Numbered from the stretch's first letter, positions 1-10,059 are shown. The stretch: 64,000 nucleotides of DNA from Candidatus Eiseniibacteriota bacterium (GCA_963792585.1 CAWBWI010000003.1:416001-480000); one strand, 5' to 3'. Numbers and translations: made by a program. The notes: generated by a model from the letters alone, not told the origin.

Positions 1-2
1 CC

Positions 3-179
3 GGAGTCGTCGGCTGCGACTCCGTGTTCAAGAGCGCCTACTTCTCGTACCCCGACTGGACGCCCGGCATCGACGTGTTCGGCGTTGCCTTCGATGCGAG
101 TCAGGAGTTTGAACTGGGCATATGCGGGATCGCGACCCAGAAGACCACGTGGGGCGCCGTGAAGGGGCTCTACCGGTAG
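3..179 (+). CDS. 3' end of a (probably secreted) protein with C-terminal TWGxxKxxYR motif; partial
   Basis: Open frame from the window edge reads GVVGCDSVFK...GIATQKTTWGAVKGLYR* (TAG 177-179). The tail matches the one on 47995..48759. Confidence 0.8.
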   Translation, partial: GVVGCDSVFKSAYFSYPDWTPGIDVFGVAFDASQEFELGICGIATQKTTWGAVKGLYR

Positions 180-374
180 GTCCGGCGAATAGAGAGGTCC
201 GCTGTGGCGCGGCGGGCTTCAGGTGGCACAAAGAGACTCGGGTGGCAGGCGAGCGCTTCCGTCATTCCGGCGGGAGCGCTTTCCACATCCGCCCGGCACC
301 ATCGCGCTCGGTGAAAACTGTGGAGTTGCGTCGTGACATCGTGCGACCCTTGGGCTCGAAGAGGGTGGATTCAC

Positions 375-1271
375 GTGAGACCCAAGCATCTCGGCCGCGC
401 GATCTCCGTTGCGATCGCGATCGCAATTCTGGCGTCCGCACTCGCCATAGCCGGCGACCTACAGGACATCCAATCGATCCCACAAGACCTGATCACGCCC
501 GCCATGACGAATGGACCGGCGGCGGCCGGAGTGCGGCTAAAGGAGACGACGCCCGGTTGGGAGGAGACCGCGGTCTATCATGCCATCTACCTCCCGAGAA
601 ACTGGAAGGCAGGGGCCCCCTACCCGGTGATCTTCGAATATGGCGGCAACGGTGGCTTTCACGACGCGTTCGGCGATACCTGCGATGGCACGGTCGAGGG
701 CTGCAATCTGGGGTACGGGCTGTCCGCCGGTCTCGACTACATCTGGGTTTGTCTTCCGTTCGTGGAGTCGAGGGACGGGAAGCAGACCAACGCCCGCCAG
801 TGGTGGGGAGATCCCACCGAGACGATCCGTTACTGCCTGGCCACGGCGCGATACGTCTGCGCGACCTACGGGGGGGACGATCGGCGGCTAGTCCTGTGTG
901 GCTTTTCCCGCGGAGCCATCGCCTGCAACTACATCGGGCTTCGAGACAGCACGATCGCGCCCATATGGAAGGCTTTCCTCTGTCATTCTCACTATGATGG
1001 GGTCCTGCGGTGGCCCTATGCGGACTCGGACCGCGGCGCAGCGATCACACGGCTCCAGCGATTGGCCGGCAGGCCGCAGTTCATCAGTGCCGAAGGCACC
1101 CTTGACGGTACGCGAAGATTCATCGAGGCATCCGGCGTCCGCGCGCCGTTCACGTTCGTGGAGTTTCCCTACCGCAATCACACCGATTCATGGGCTCTAC
1201 GGGATTGCGAACTGCGTCGCGCGGCCCGCGCGTGGCTCGGTGAAGTCACACGTACGAGCCTTGCAAAGTAG
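375..1271 (+). CDS. Secreted alpha/beta-hydrolase-fold protein
   Basis: Hydrophobic signal peptide, YLP...YPVIFEY strand and GFSRG nucleophile elbow. The GTG at 375 follows GAGGG. Confidence 0.7.
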   Translation: MRPKHLGRAISVAIAIAILASALAIAGDLQDIQSIPQDLITPAMTNGPAAAGVRLKETTPGWEETAVYHAIYLPRNWKAGAPYPVIFEYGGNGGFHDAFGDTCDGTVEGCNLGYGLSAGLDYIWVCLPFVESRDGKQTNARQWWGDPTETIRYCLATARYVCATYGGDDRRLVLCGFSRGAIACNYIGLRDSTIAPIWKAFLCHSHYDGVLRWPYADSDRGAAITRLQRLAGRPQFISAEGTLDGTRRFIEASGVRAPFTFVEFPYRNHTDSWALRDCELRRAARAWLGEVTRTSLAK

Positions 1272-1427
1272 GCCCCGGCGGCACCGACACGGCCGAGAGG
1301 CCCGGCGGCGACGGATCACGCCCCGGAGAATCGTCCACCGATTCGACGAATCGATTCGGGGTCCACGGCGCCCCGTGCGGGTGATCCCGCCTGCGATCGC
1401 CATGGAGCCCCGGTCGCATCTCGATCC

Positions 1428-1970
1428 TTATCGAATCAAGACGAGCGTCCGTCTCTCGACCGCCGCTCCGGCTTGGATACGGAAGAGATAGATTCCGCTC
1501 GGGACTCTACGGCCTCTGTCGTCGGTTCCGTTCCAGTGAACCGTGTAGTGCCCCGGGCCCAGCATTCCCTGAGCAAGGTGACGAACCTCGCGGCCCGTGG
1601 AATCGTGGACTCTCGCCTCGACCGGACGCGCTTCAGGAAGATCGATTGTCACGGCCGTCGTCCATCGGAACGGATTCGGCACACCTGCGGATACGGAGAA
1701 TGGGGTAGGGAGGACGGCAGTCTCCTCTTCGACCCCCGAAACGAAGCCGCCGCCCATCCAGAAGCCGCCGGCAAGGGTCAGGGTCCCACTGCTCGATAGC
1801 CCCGCATCCGGCTGCCCGATCGTTCCGGAGAGACGGAGGCTTGCACCGCCGGCGCTCGTTGTCCCGCCGCCGTCGATCGTCCACCAGGGAATCGCTAGGC
1901 TGGCGCCCGCCTGAACCGCGGTCGCGACGCTTACAGTCGCCGTCAGAAGAAGCCGCAAATAGCCGCGCAT
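1428..1970 (-). CDS. Small secreted protein: WWTIDGGG...GTIGQPDAG...GGFW domain plus FlgD-Ig/CTD-like C-terminus
   Basis: Signal peptide. C-terminal PNPF...VHDSTGREVRHL...WNGTDDRG...SGIYLFRI. Confidence 0.85.
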   Translation of the reverse strand: MRGYLRLLLTATVSVATAVQAGASLAIPWWTIDGGGTTSAGGASLRLSGTIGQPDAGLSSSGTLTLAGGFWMGGGFVSGVEEETAVLPTPFSVSAGVPNPFRWTTAVTIDLPEARPVEARVHDSTGREVRHLAQGMLGPGHYTVHWNGTDDRGRRVPSGIYLFRIQAGAAVERRTLVLIR

Positions 1971-1980
1971 CCCGCACCTC

Positions 1981-3516
1981 CTAGTAGAACGCGACCTGTC
2001 CGCCGGCGTTGATGCGGAAGGTCCCGTCGAACATGAGCATCCGCCTCTCCCCTCCGGGATCGCCGTTCATGAAGAGGCGCGTGTTGCCGGACGCTCCGCC
2101 CCGGAACTCGATCTTGTCCGTGGGGGTCGTGCCGGTGTTCGTGATCAGGAAACCAGGCATCAGAATCTGAAGCCAGTGTCCCTGCTCGAAAATGGCCCCG
2201 TCGGTGTACACATCGCGGTTGAAGTATCGCCATGTGCTTCCGTCCGATGTGTAGGTTCCGCTCGGTTCGGAGTTGAGGACGCAATACGGCCGCACTCCAC
2301 GTAGCATCGTGTCGTCCGGGTCGCCGGTGATGTCATCCGGCGAGTACCAGGCATCATGGGTTCCGTTCCACCCGTAGACCACGTGGATCTGGCGCCAATC
2401 CACACCGCCGATGTTCTCGATTCTCCAGCCGTCGCCGACGACCATGTGATCCGGGATACCGATCCCTGCGGGACGGTTGGCATCGAACTCCGCTTGATAG
2501 AGCTCGTACCAACGATCGAACGTATAGTCGGAACGATCGAGAACCTGGCAGCCATCGTGGATGAAGAAGTGCGTCTCCATGGCTTCCTCGCAGTCCTCCA
2601 TGTAGGCGCTGGAGCCACTGCAGCCGTAGTCCATCGAAACCGACATGCCCATCTCCCGGGAGATCTCGGCGACGGCGTCGATCTGAGCCTGCGTGACCGG
2701 AGTGCCGTTCTCGTCCGTGAACCAACCCGCGCCGTCGTACACATACTTGTTCAACATGTTCGGCCAGTCGTACGGATCTTCGTAGTCCGGGGCGTTCGTC
2801 CCGGCGGGGGGCCAGTTGTGGTGCCGCAGCATCTGCGCCATCGCCGTGGCGACGCATCCGGCCCAGCCATTCGCGTTGAAGTGGTCGAAGGTCTCCCAAG
2901 AACATCCCCTGTCGGGGCAGTCATCGTTGTACGGAGGCGATTGATCCCAGGTCGACAGGAGCATGGTCTCCCCTTCCTGGTAGTCCATCCCCGCGGAGCG
3001 GTTCTTGCGCACTTGCCGATACGAGGTTGGGTCGAAGGCGGGGTCGGCCAAGGCAGACCACGAGTCGCGGTACGATCGTTCCAGAATGGGACGAAGGTCG
3101 TCCGTTGGTGCGATCGCTCGCCCGAGCTTCGCCTCGATCGCGGTGTACTTCCCTTCGAGCTTCGCGCGGAAGAAGGCGGCCATCCCTCCATTCTCCGACG
3201 GATCGAAGTCGGAGCGGTTCGAGTAGGCATGAACAGGCATCATGTCGACGTGCAGGGCGACGAGGATGTAGCCGGTCGGTTCGACGTGGCAGAACCAACC
3301 CATGTCCCGGGTCGTCCCCCGAAACGGCTCGACGGAGAGCACGCTGGCCTCGTCGAACCGGCCCCAGGCGCCGTCGCGAGCGATCGTGAGCCGGATGTAG
3401 TTTTCCGCGACGCGTCTCGCGGTTTCCGGCGTCACGGTCTGTGCGTTGGCCGTCGTGATGGAGCCGAGCAAAATCGCCGCCCAGGCGAGATGGATCATCG
3501 ACTTCAGGCGCTTCAT
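1981..3516 (-). CDS. Secreted C10 family (streptopain/SpeB-like) cysteine protease with N-terminal propeptide
   Basis: WDQSPPYNDDCP, GCVATAMAQ (catalytic Cys), DHMVVGDGW (catalytic His), YGWNG, and a signal peptide. Confidence 0.85.
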   Translation of the reverse strand: MKRLKSMIHLAWAAILLGSITTANAQTVTPETARRVAENYIRLTIARDGAWGRFDEASVLSVEPFRGTTRDMGWFCHVEPTGYILVALHVDMMPVHAYSNRSDFDPSENGGMAAFFRAKLEGKYTAIEAKLGRAIAPTDDLRPILERSYRDSWSALADPAFDPTSYRQVRKNRSAGMDYQEGETMLLSTWDQSPPYNDDCPDRGCSWETFDHFNANGWAGCVATAMAQMLRHHNWPPAGTNAPDYEDPYDWPNMLNKYVYDGAGWFTDENGTPVTQAQIDAVAEISREMGMSVSMDYGCSGSSAYMEDCEEAMETHFFIHDGCQVLDRSDYTFDRWYELYQAEFDANRPAGIGIPDHMVVGDGWRIENIGGVDWRQIHVVYGWNGTHDAWYSPDDITGDPDDTMLRGVRPYCVLNSEPSGTYTSDGSTWRYFNRDVYTDGAIFEQGHWLQILMPGFLITNTGTTPTDKIEFRGGASGNTRLFMNGDPGGERRMLMFDGTFRINAGGQVAFY

Positions 3517-3528
3517 CGTCCCATCCCC

Positions 3529-5754
3529 CTACTGGAGGGTCACGAGGACGAGGATCTGCCCCTTCATCCCCTTCGCCAGCGGCTCCATCGCCTTACCCAG
3601 GATCGCACCGCGCGAGCGGTCCGCGTCACGAACCTTCATCGCATGGCCCGGAACGGTGGACGTCGTGAGCAGGTCTCCCGGACGGATCTCTTCATCGAGG
3701 GCGACGACGTTGCAGTAAACGCGTCCCGCGAGGGCGACGTCGTGATCGAACTGGCCCGCGCCGAGGCGCACGCCGGAGCCGAGCGCGTTGGCCCCCGCGA
3801 CGATCCCAGCCACCTTGCTGTCGTAGGGATGCCGGCTGCATGCGAGACGGCCGGGATTGTCCGGGTCGATCACCAGCACGGTGCCGGGGGCGACGGCGTC
3901 CTGACCATCGACGACATCGAAGCCCTCGGCGTAGTCCAGCCCCTTGCCCAGCTCGATCACCTTGTTCGTCGTGCCGTGCTCGTAGATCTCCACGTTCCCG
4001 TAGAACTGGGCCGACTTCCATCCCCCGCTGGCGATGAGGCCCACGCCGGCGCTGCTATTGGCGGCTGCGTGCACCGCCACCCCGCTCAGCCCCGTCGCCA
4101 ATGCAAAGACCGACTTCCCATTGGCTCCTTCCGTCTCGGCGTAGAGTGCCGTCGCATCGCTCCCATCCGCTTCGGCATGAACGCCGACACCCGAGGGGCT
4201 GCTCGAGCCGAACCATCCTCCCCGTGAATTGCTGGACGACCCCACGTTCGAGGCCCATCCCTTCACACCGTAGCCTCCGAGCTTGGAGCACGTGATCGAC
4301 GCTCCGCCGGTGCCGCTTCCATTACAGGTGATCGCGGGGCTGACCGTGCCCGAGTAGGTCACATGAACCGCGCTCTGGTAATCGCTGTAAGCCAGGATCG
4401 CGTGGCTCGGAGTCCCCGTGGCCACGAACTCGCCGGCGGCGTTGCCTTCGCTCCCCCCCGACCCGTCGATCCTCGCGTAGACGGCGGAGCTGTTTGTGGT
4501 CGTGCCGTGGTTGGTGATCGAGAATGCCGGCGTCGATGAGGTGATCTCGCCGGTGTACGGAAGATCGAAGCCGCCACCGCTCCCCGTCGGCTCCTGCCAG
4601 GTTCCATTGCCGGCGGCATCCGTCGTCAGCACGTAGCCCGCAGTGGCGTTGACCGGGATCTGGAGGCCGTTCGTCCGGATAGTGCCCAGGACCTGAAGCT
4701 TCTGGCTTGGCGCCGCGGTGCCGATCCCGATGTTCCCCGACGTCGACTCATACACGACCGAGTTGCCCAGCGCCGTCGTGCCTGTGAACTTCGGCAGGTA
4801 GCTCGCCGTCCCACTCCCGCCGATGCCGCCGGCGGAAGGAGCTTGCCACGTCCCGATTCCATTGGCGTCCGAGGTGAGGACGTACCCCACCTGGGGTCCG
4901 GTCGAGATCTGGAGCCCCGTTGCCTTGACCGTCCCCGCCACGTCGAGCGGGGTCGTGGGGTTCGCGACCCCGATCCCGAGAGCACCGCTAAAATAACCGC
5001 GGCCCGAGAAGTATCCGGCAAACCCCGTTGCCGAGTTTGTCTCTCCGTAGACGCCGACCGCGTTTCCGCTCGAGGCGGTGTTCGCCCCATAGATCCCGAA
5101 TCCGTTGGGGGACCGCGACCAGCCGAAGACGCCCCGCACGGCTCCGGACGTCTGCCCCGCATAGCCTTGAACGCCGCGACCGTCGGACGAGACGGCCTCA
5201 CCGTAGACGCCGATCTTCGTTCCGCTGCCATCGCGATTGATGGCCGAGATCGAGCGGTCCGCACCCGTCGCATCCACCACCAGGGGATATGACGGAGAGT
5301 CCGTCCCGATTCCGACTTTCCCGGTCAAGAAATAGGTGTTCACTCCGTTCATCAGCCATGGCGAATCCCCTCCGTGGAGGGCGTACTGGGCGACCGGTGA
5401 TGCCGTCACCAACTGCCGTGGGGCCAGCCTCTCGAATGTCGTCCCGCCCGTTACATCCACCTCGATCTCGAGCCAGCGACGTTCCTCGGCGAAGGCCGTT
5501 TCCCCGAAGTCGACGAGAGCGGTGAAGATGCCGCCACGGATCTCGACGGGATACACGGTCTGAGGTGACCCGACGAGGTTGCCACCCGTCTCGCCGTCAT
5601 AGAGCCGAAAGACGAAGCGGGCCGAGCCGGCGTCGACTCCGACCCCATTGTTCTCCAACTTGCCCTGATAGGTGAATTCGCTCGCGCCGGCAACGCCTGC
5701 AATCAGCAGGGCGAAGAGGACAGCGAGAAAGAAACGGTTCGCGTGTCTCGACAT
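3529..5754 (-). CDS. Secreted fibre/adhesin-like protein (FTYQG N-domain, GIG and Gly-rich beta repeats, C-terminal intramolecular-chaperone-like domain)
   Basis: RBS GGAGGTG before ATG 5754 and a signal peptide. Repeats KVGIGTDSP/LGIGVANP/NIGIGTAAP and GYVLTSDANGxGTWQ-like x2. C-terminal DYAEGF...ALAGRV...PGDLLTTS...ILGKAME. Confidence 0.75.
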   Translation of the reverse strand: MSRHANRFFLAVLFALLIAGVAGASEFTYQGKLENNGVGVDAGSARFVFRLYDGETGGNLVGSPQTVYPVEIRGGIFTALVDFGETAFAEERRWLEIEVDVTGGTTFERLAPRQLVTASPVAQYALHGGDSPWLMNGVNTYFLTGKVGIGTDSPSYPLVVDATGADRSISAINRDGSGTKIGVYGEAVSSDGRGVQGYAGQTSGAVRGVFGWSRSPNGFGIYGANTASSGNAVGVYGETNSATGFAGYFSGRGYFSGALGIGVANPTTPLDVAGTVKATGLQISTGPQVGYVLTSDANGIGTWQAPSAGGIGGSGTASYLPKFTGTTALGNSVVYESTSGNIGIGTAAPSQKLQVLGTIRTNGLQIPVNATAGYVLTTDAAGNGTWQEPTGSGGGFDLPYTGEITSSTPAFSITNHGTTTNSSAVYARIDGSGGSEGNAAGEFVATGTPSHAILAYSDYQSAVHVTYSGTVSPAITCNGSGTGGASITCSKLGGYGVKGWASNVGSSSNSRGGWFGSSSPSGVGVHAEADGSDATALYAETEGANGKSVFALATGLSGVAVHAAANSSAGVGLIASGGWKSAQFYGNVEIYEHGTTNKVIELGKGLDYAEGFDVVDGQDAVAPGTVLVIDPDNPGRLACSRHPYDSKVAGIVAGANALGSGVRLGAGQFDHDVALAGRVYCNVVALDEEIRPGDLLTTSTVPGHAMKVRDADRSRGAILGKAMEPLAKGMKGQILVLVTLQ

Positions 5755-5817
5755 GGCAGTCACCTCCATCCGGGGCCGCCTCCGGAAAACGGTCGGCGGG
5801 ATGCCCGGCTCCGGAAG

Positions 5818-5846
5818 GTTGGAACCGCGGACAGGGAGAAAATCAC
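5818..5846 (-). promoter_or_regulatory. Putative ECF-sigma promoter GTGATTTT-N15-TCCAAC upstream of the fibre operon
   Basis: Same bipartite motif and spacing as 10031..10059 upstream of the ECF sigma gene. Confidence 0.6.
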
Positions 5847-5930
5847 GTTGCGGCTAAGGAAATTCGTCCGAATGTGCGGCGGGCCGGGGCGGAAGACGCG
5901 GGCAATCGAAGCCAGAACGTGAGTGGGCGC

Positions 5931-8708
5931 CTATCTGCGGGCCCGACGCCGGCGTTCAAAGAGAAGAATGAGCATCCCTGCGCCCCCGATCAGGACCAGA
6001 CCGGCGGACCGCACAAAGCCCCGGTCGAAGCGAGGACGCAGCGCGAAGCTCGCGTCCCCTTCCCCGACCACCACGAAGCCCGCCCAGTAGAACGGGATTC
6101 GCGTCGCCGGATCCGCCCGAATCGCCCCCTTGGCCGATGCGAGGGCTGCTGCCACGGGATCCCCCCGGGCGAGCCGCTCGTAGAACCGCTCCATCAGCGC
6201 TTCCGTTGTCCGGTCATCGACGGCCCAAAGGGTCGCAACGACGCTGGGGACTCCGGCGCTCATGAAAGCGCTCGTCACCCCGATCACTCCCTCGCCCGAG
6301 ACGACGCGACCGCTCGCCGAGGAACAACTGGACAGGACGGCAAGCCTCGCCGGGAGTTCGAGGGTGGCGATGCGCGCAGCACTCGGATTCGCGGGGGCGC
6401 CTCGGGGCCCAAGTCGTATCTCCGAGCGCCAGGGACTGGCATCGTCCAGGAACAGGTGGGCCGCGATGTGGATCACTTCAGCGGGGTGGGGAAGAGCGGG
6501 GACCGAGTCGCCCAACTCTCCGGCCGTCCGCACTTCCACGCCCCGATATCTCCACCCGAGATTGCGCGCCTCCTGAAGACTTCCGTGGAGGATCTCGCCC
6601 GCCGCCGATTTCCCGCCCGCGATGACCAGAACCGTGGCGGGGTCGGAAGCTACCCTCCTTGGAGCCGCGCGCAGCTCCGCGAGGATGCTGGCGGAGGGAA
6701 TGCGCACCCAGGCCGGCACCCCCGAGCGGTCGGCGTCTCGTGGCGGGGAATCGAGATGCCGGTAGATCTCCTCGAGCGGGAGAAGGGCCAGGAGCCCATC
6801 TGCAGAAACCATGACGGTTTCTCGGTCTCGGATCATCGAGTCGACCTCGCCGAAGAGGGTCTGCGCAAGTCGCTGCGCGGCACGGTCGAGCGGGACAGCA
6901 TCGGCGCTTTCGCGACGAGAGGAAGGAGGGCGCGATACGAGTTGGTAGTAGGAGAGCAGTGTCTCCTGCAACGCTGGCGCCGGGGGCAAGCGAACCGCCC
7001 GCAATGTATCGCTCGCCAGCGCGAAGAGATATGACGACTCCGGGCCCAGATAGTAGTCGAGGATGATCTCTCCGGGCCGGAGGATTCGCTCCTGGATCTC
7101 CGTCGCCGCGATGATCCTCCCACAGGTCGGTTCCTCATTCGACTCCGGTTCCCCCGGTCCCAACATCCGCTCCAGCAGGGTGCGCGCTTTGAATGCCTGC
7201 AGCCTGTCGAAGGCCGCACGGGCGCCGCACCCGGCCTCTCCTGCAGGACAATCCTCGATGAGAAGCGAGGCGAGATCCGAATACACAACCTGGCCCAGAA
7301 CTCCCCGCTGTTCGCGCCATAGCGGGTCCAGTGGAACCCCGCGCTGTTCTTCCCACCCGTCGGCCGCGGCGAGGAACCACTTCCGGGCTTCCGCCGGTCG
7401 GTCCATCGCCCGGCAGGCCCGACCGGCATCCGCCATTGCCTCGACCTTCTGGGGGAGCTGTCCGAATCGTTCCGCCGCCTCTGCGCCGAGCTCGGCTTGT
7501 CGCAAGGCCTCATCGAAGCGTCCCAGGGCCAGGAGCGCCTGCGTCATGAGAATGCGCAAGGCGGGGATGAGGACGCGCTCCTCTTCGCCCGCGAGGAGCC
7601 CGGCGGCTTCTTCGAGCAATGGAAGGGCGTCCGTCGGGTTGCCGGACTTCAGGAGCACCTCGGCAAGCCCCGTCAGCGCATTGACGTGGTTCCGAAGCGA
7701 CAGAGCCTCGCCACGGCGAAGGATCTCGCGGTACCGCGTCGCCGACTCATGCAGAAGCCCTCGACGCTCGCTCAGCTTCGCCCTGTGGATCCCTACGACC
7801 ACCGCAAGGCTCTGGTATTCCCGCTCTCGGCAGAGCTGGAGTGCTTCCCCGAGAACGCTCTCCGCCTCTGCGTATTGCTCCAGAGTGCTATGGCACAAGG
7901 CAATGTTGATGGAGGGGGAGATGGTCTCGCTGAGCGAACCCGACTTCCGGTGGATCGCCAGCGCCCGCTCGAACATGCCGAGGGCGACACCCGGATCTCC
8001 AAGGGAGAAATTCAATCGTCGCGAGGTCGTTGATGGCGTTCGCCTCCGCGATCGGATCGCCGCGCGCGCGTCCGAGGTCCGCCGCACGCCGGTAGCATGT
8101 CATCGCGGCCTTGGGCATTCCACGCGAGGTCAATGCACGGCCGAGGCCGGAAAGGGCCCAGATCTCCCCATCGGAGTCGCCGCATTCGTGAAAAGGGGAA
8201 GCGCGGCCCGATAGTGAGCGACCGCCTCCTCTCCTCGTCCCTCCTGGCCGGCGAACCAGGCCAGGCCGATTCGGGCCCATCCCTGGTGGCGAAGATCGCC
8301 GATTCGGGTCGAAAGAACGAGAAGGGAATCGTACAGGCGCCTGGACTCCTCGACTCGACCCTGGATGCCGATCACGAGCCCGAGCCAGCGGAGGGCCGCG
8401 ACGGCCCGGGAGGAATCACCGGCGGCGAACGCCATTGCCGTTGCCTCGCGGAGGTCGCGCTCTCCCTCCACGACTCGGCCGAAGAATCGATTCTGCTGGC
8501 CCGCCCTCGTGAGGAGATCGATCTGGAGTGCGGTATCGCCCGATGCGCGTGCCTCCTTCAAGAGGCTTCGCGTCAGGACGGCTGCGGAATCACGGATACC
8601 AGAACTCCAGAGAGAATCCAGGCGGGCGAGACGCGGGTTCTCTCCATGGGCGATCGACGGGATGACCAGGGCCAGCAGGATGGCTGCAAAAGGAGGTCGG
8701 AGGGTCAT
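5931..8708 (-). CDS. Exported TPR-CHAT (caspase-like) protein with C-terminal membrane anchor; two compensating frameshifts (~8190, ~8010)
   Basis: ORFs 8130..8708 and 5931..8087 share a frame and are bridged by TPR-like HECGDSDGEIWALSGLG...NDLATIEF in another frame. CHAT motifs HIAAH, VLSSCSS, VVATLWAVDD, PFYWAGF. Signal peptide and terminal TM helix followed by RRRRARR. Confidence 0.8.
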
Positions 8709-8726
8709 CGACGATTCCCGGAATCC

Positions 8727-9431
8727 TCAAGGTGTTCTTGGAAGGAGGAAGGGTGCCGTCTTCGACGATCCGATCACATCACCATCGCGAAGCGCGATCA
8801 CACGCCAGAAGGGGTACGCGCCCGCGCGAAGCGACGCGGAGTCCTCCGTCTCGAGCGTCCACATGGGGTCGTGTCCTGTCTCGATACGCCTTTGTTCTTC
8901 GAGATCTGCATCCAGAAGGACCACGGCATAGTGGGTCGCCCCTGCCCAGGGACTCCAGCGGAGCGTGATCCGATCATCCTTCCCGAGGGTGGGCTCGTGC
9001 AGCAAGAGTGCGGAGGTCGCAGGTCGCCCATCTTCTCTCAGGACGATTCGATCATCGACGGTCTGCTGCATCTCCCTGAACCCTACGATCGCAAGGAGCA
9101 CGAATCCCACCGCCCACACCGGTCGAAGGACAGGTCGCCAGAGGATGCGCAGGATCGAGCCAATTCCGCCCCTCTCGGCGGTTCGCGCTTCCGGAAGAGA
9201 CTGACTCGCCGTCGGGCCGTAGATCTCGCGGTCCAGGATGGAGGCGAGATGAGCGTCTGCCTGCTCCGCATGAGACCCTGCGGGTTGCGTTTCCGGGTCG
9301 CTGAACGCTTCGAGCGCGGCGACCCGTGCGCGGCATCGGGCACAACGGGCGAGGTGGTGACGGGCAGGATCATCCGGCGGGAGATCCGATATGAGGGGCA
9401 GTCTATCTTCGGCAATGCATCCGAAGTTCAT
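8727..9431 (-). CDS. Anti-sigma factor (ZAS-type HxxxCxxC, one TM helix, extracytoplasmic domain)
   Basis: HLARCARC, TM VWAVGFVLLAIVGF. The start overlaps the sigma stop (TGATG). Confidence 0.8.
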   Translation of the reverse strand: MNFGCIAEDRLPLISDLPPDDPARHHLARCARCRARVAALEAFSDPETQPAGSHAEQADAHLASILDREIYGPTASQSLPEARTAERGGIGSILRILWRPVLRPVWAVGFVLLAIVGFREMQQTVDDRIVLREDGRPATSALLLHEPTLGKDDRITLRWSPWAGATHYAVVLLDADLEEQRRIETGHDPMWTLETEDSASLRAGAYPFWRVIALRDGDVIGSSKTAPFLLPRTP

Positions 9432-10030
9432 CACGCCTCCTCGGGCGCGGTTCGGCGGGCCGCGATCGCGGCCCGCAACGACCGCCGCGCCCGCTGGAGC
9501 ACTCCTCGCGCCCCCGACGTCTGGCGGATTTTGAGAACTTCCGTGATCATCTCCACCGGCATTCCCTCGAAGCAACGAAGCCAGACGACTTCCTGTTCCG
9601 TATCGTCGAGGTTCTCTGAGATCAGGCGGAGAATCTCCTCTTCATCGAGCTTGCGAACGAGATCCTCGGCGGGATCCAGGTCGGGAGTGGGGATGGCATC
9701 CAGGTCGATCTCCTCTTCAGCCATGAGAGAGGGCCTACGCAGTTCATTGAAGCATCGGTTCTTCGTGATTGCGAAGATCCAGGAGACGAATCGGGATCCG
9801 CTGCGGTACGACCCCAATCCCCGATATGCGTTCAGCAGCGCGTCTTGAGCCAGATCCATGGCCTTCTCGTGGTCTCGCACGTACCGGTAGCACCACACGT
9901 AGACGCGGCGCCGATAGCGACCGAGCAACTCAGACGCCGCGTCCCGCGACTGCGGAGACTGAGGATCTGCGGCCGCGATCCGGGCGAGTTCCTCGTCCGA
10001 CAGCGCCGACCATCCTGCTCCTTCACCCAT
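9431..10030 (-). CDS. ECF RNA polymerase sigma factor
   Basis: Region 2 AMDLAQDALLNAY...FVSWIFAITKNRC and region 4 EVVWLRCFEGMPVEMI. The exact start is uncertain. Confidence 0.92.
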   Translation of the reverse strand: MGEGAGWSALSDEELARIAAADPQSPQSRDAASELLGRYRRRVYVWCYRYVRDHEKAMDLAQDALLNAYRGLGSYRSGSRFVSWIFAITKNRCFNELRRPSLMAEEEIDLDAIPTPDLDPAEDLVRKLDEEEILRLISENLDDTEQEVVWLRCFEGMPVEMITEVLKIRQTSGARGVLQRARRSLRAAIAARRTAPEEA

Positions 10031-10059
10031 GTTCGACAGTCGGCCCCCTCAAAAATCAC
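10031..10059 (-). promoter_or_regulatory. Putative autoregulatory ECF promoter GTGATTTT-N15-TCGAAC
   Basis: Second copy of the motif at 5818..5846. Confidence 0.55.

Noticed and set aside
2356..4227. Long antisense and alternate-frame ORFs (e.g. 2356..4227 +, 8097..9848 +, 32869..34809 -, 61562..63385 +)
   Set aside because: These are shadow ORFs of GC-rich genes. They overlap well-supported genes and have Arg/Gly/Pro-rich, motif-free translations.
3529..5754. Prophage, suggested by the tail-fibre-like gene
   Set aside because: The protein has a signal peptide, and there are no integrase, capsid, terminase or tail genes in the window.
8130..8132. In-frame TGA in the TPR-CHAT gene as a second Sec or read-through site
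   Set aside because: The sequence around it is not TPR-like in that frame. The TPR pattern lies in another frame between two compensating indels.
5931..10030. CRISPR type III-E (Craspase) locus
   Set aside because: There are no cas genes or repeat-spacer array in the window, and the CHAT protein is predicted to be exported.
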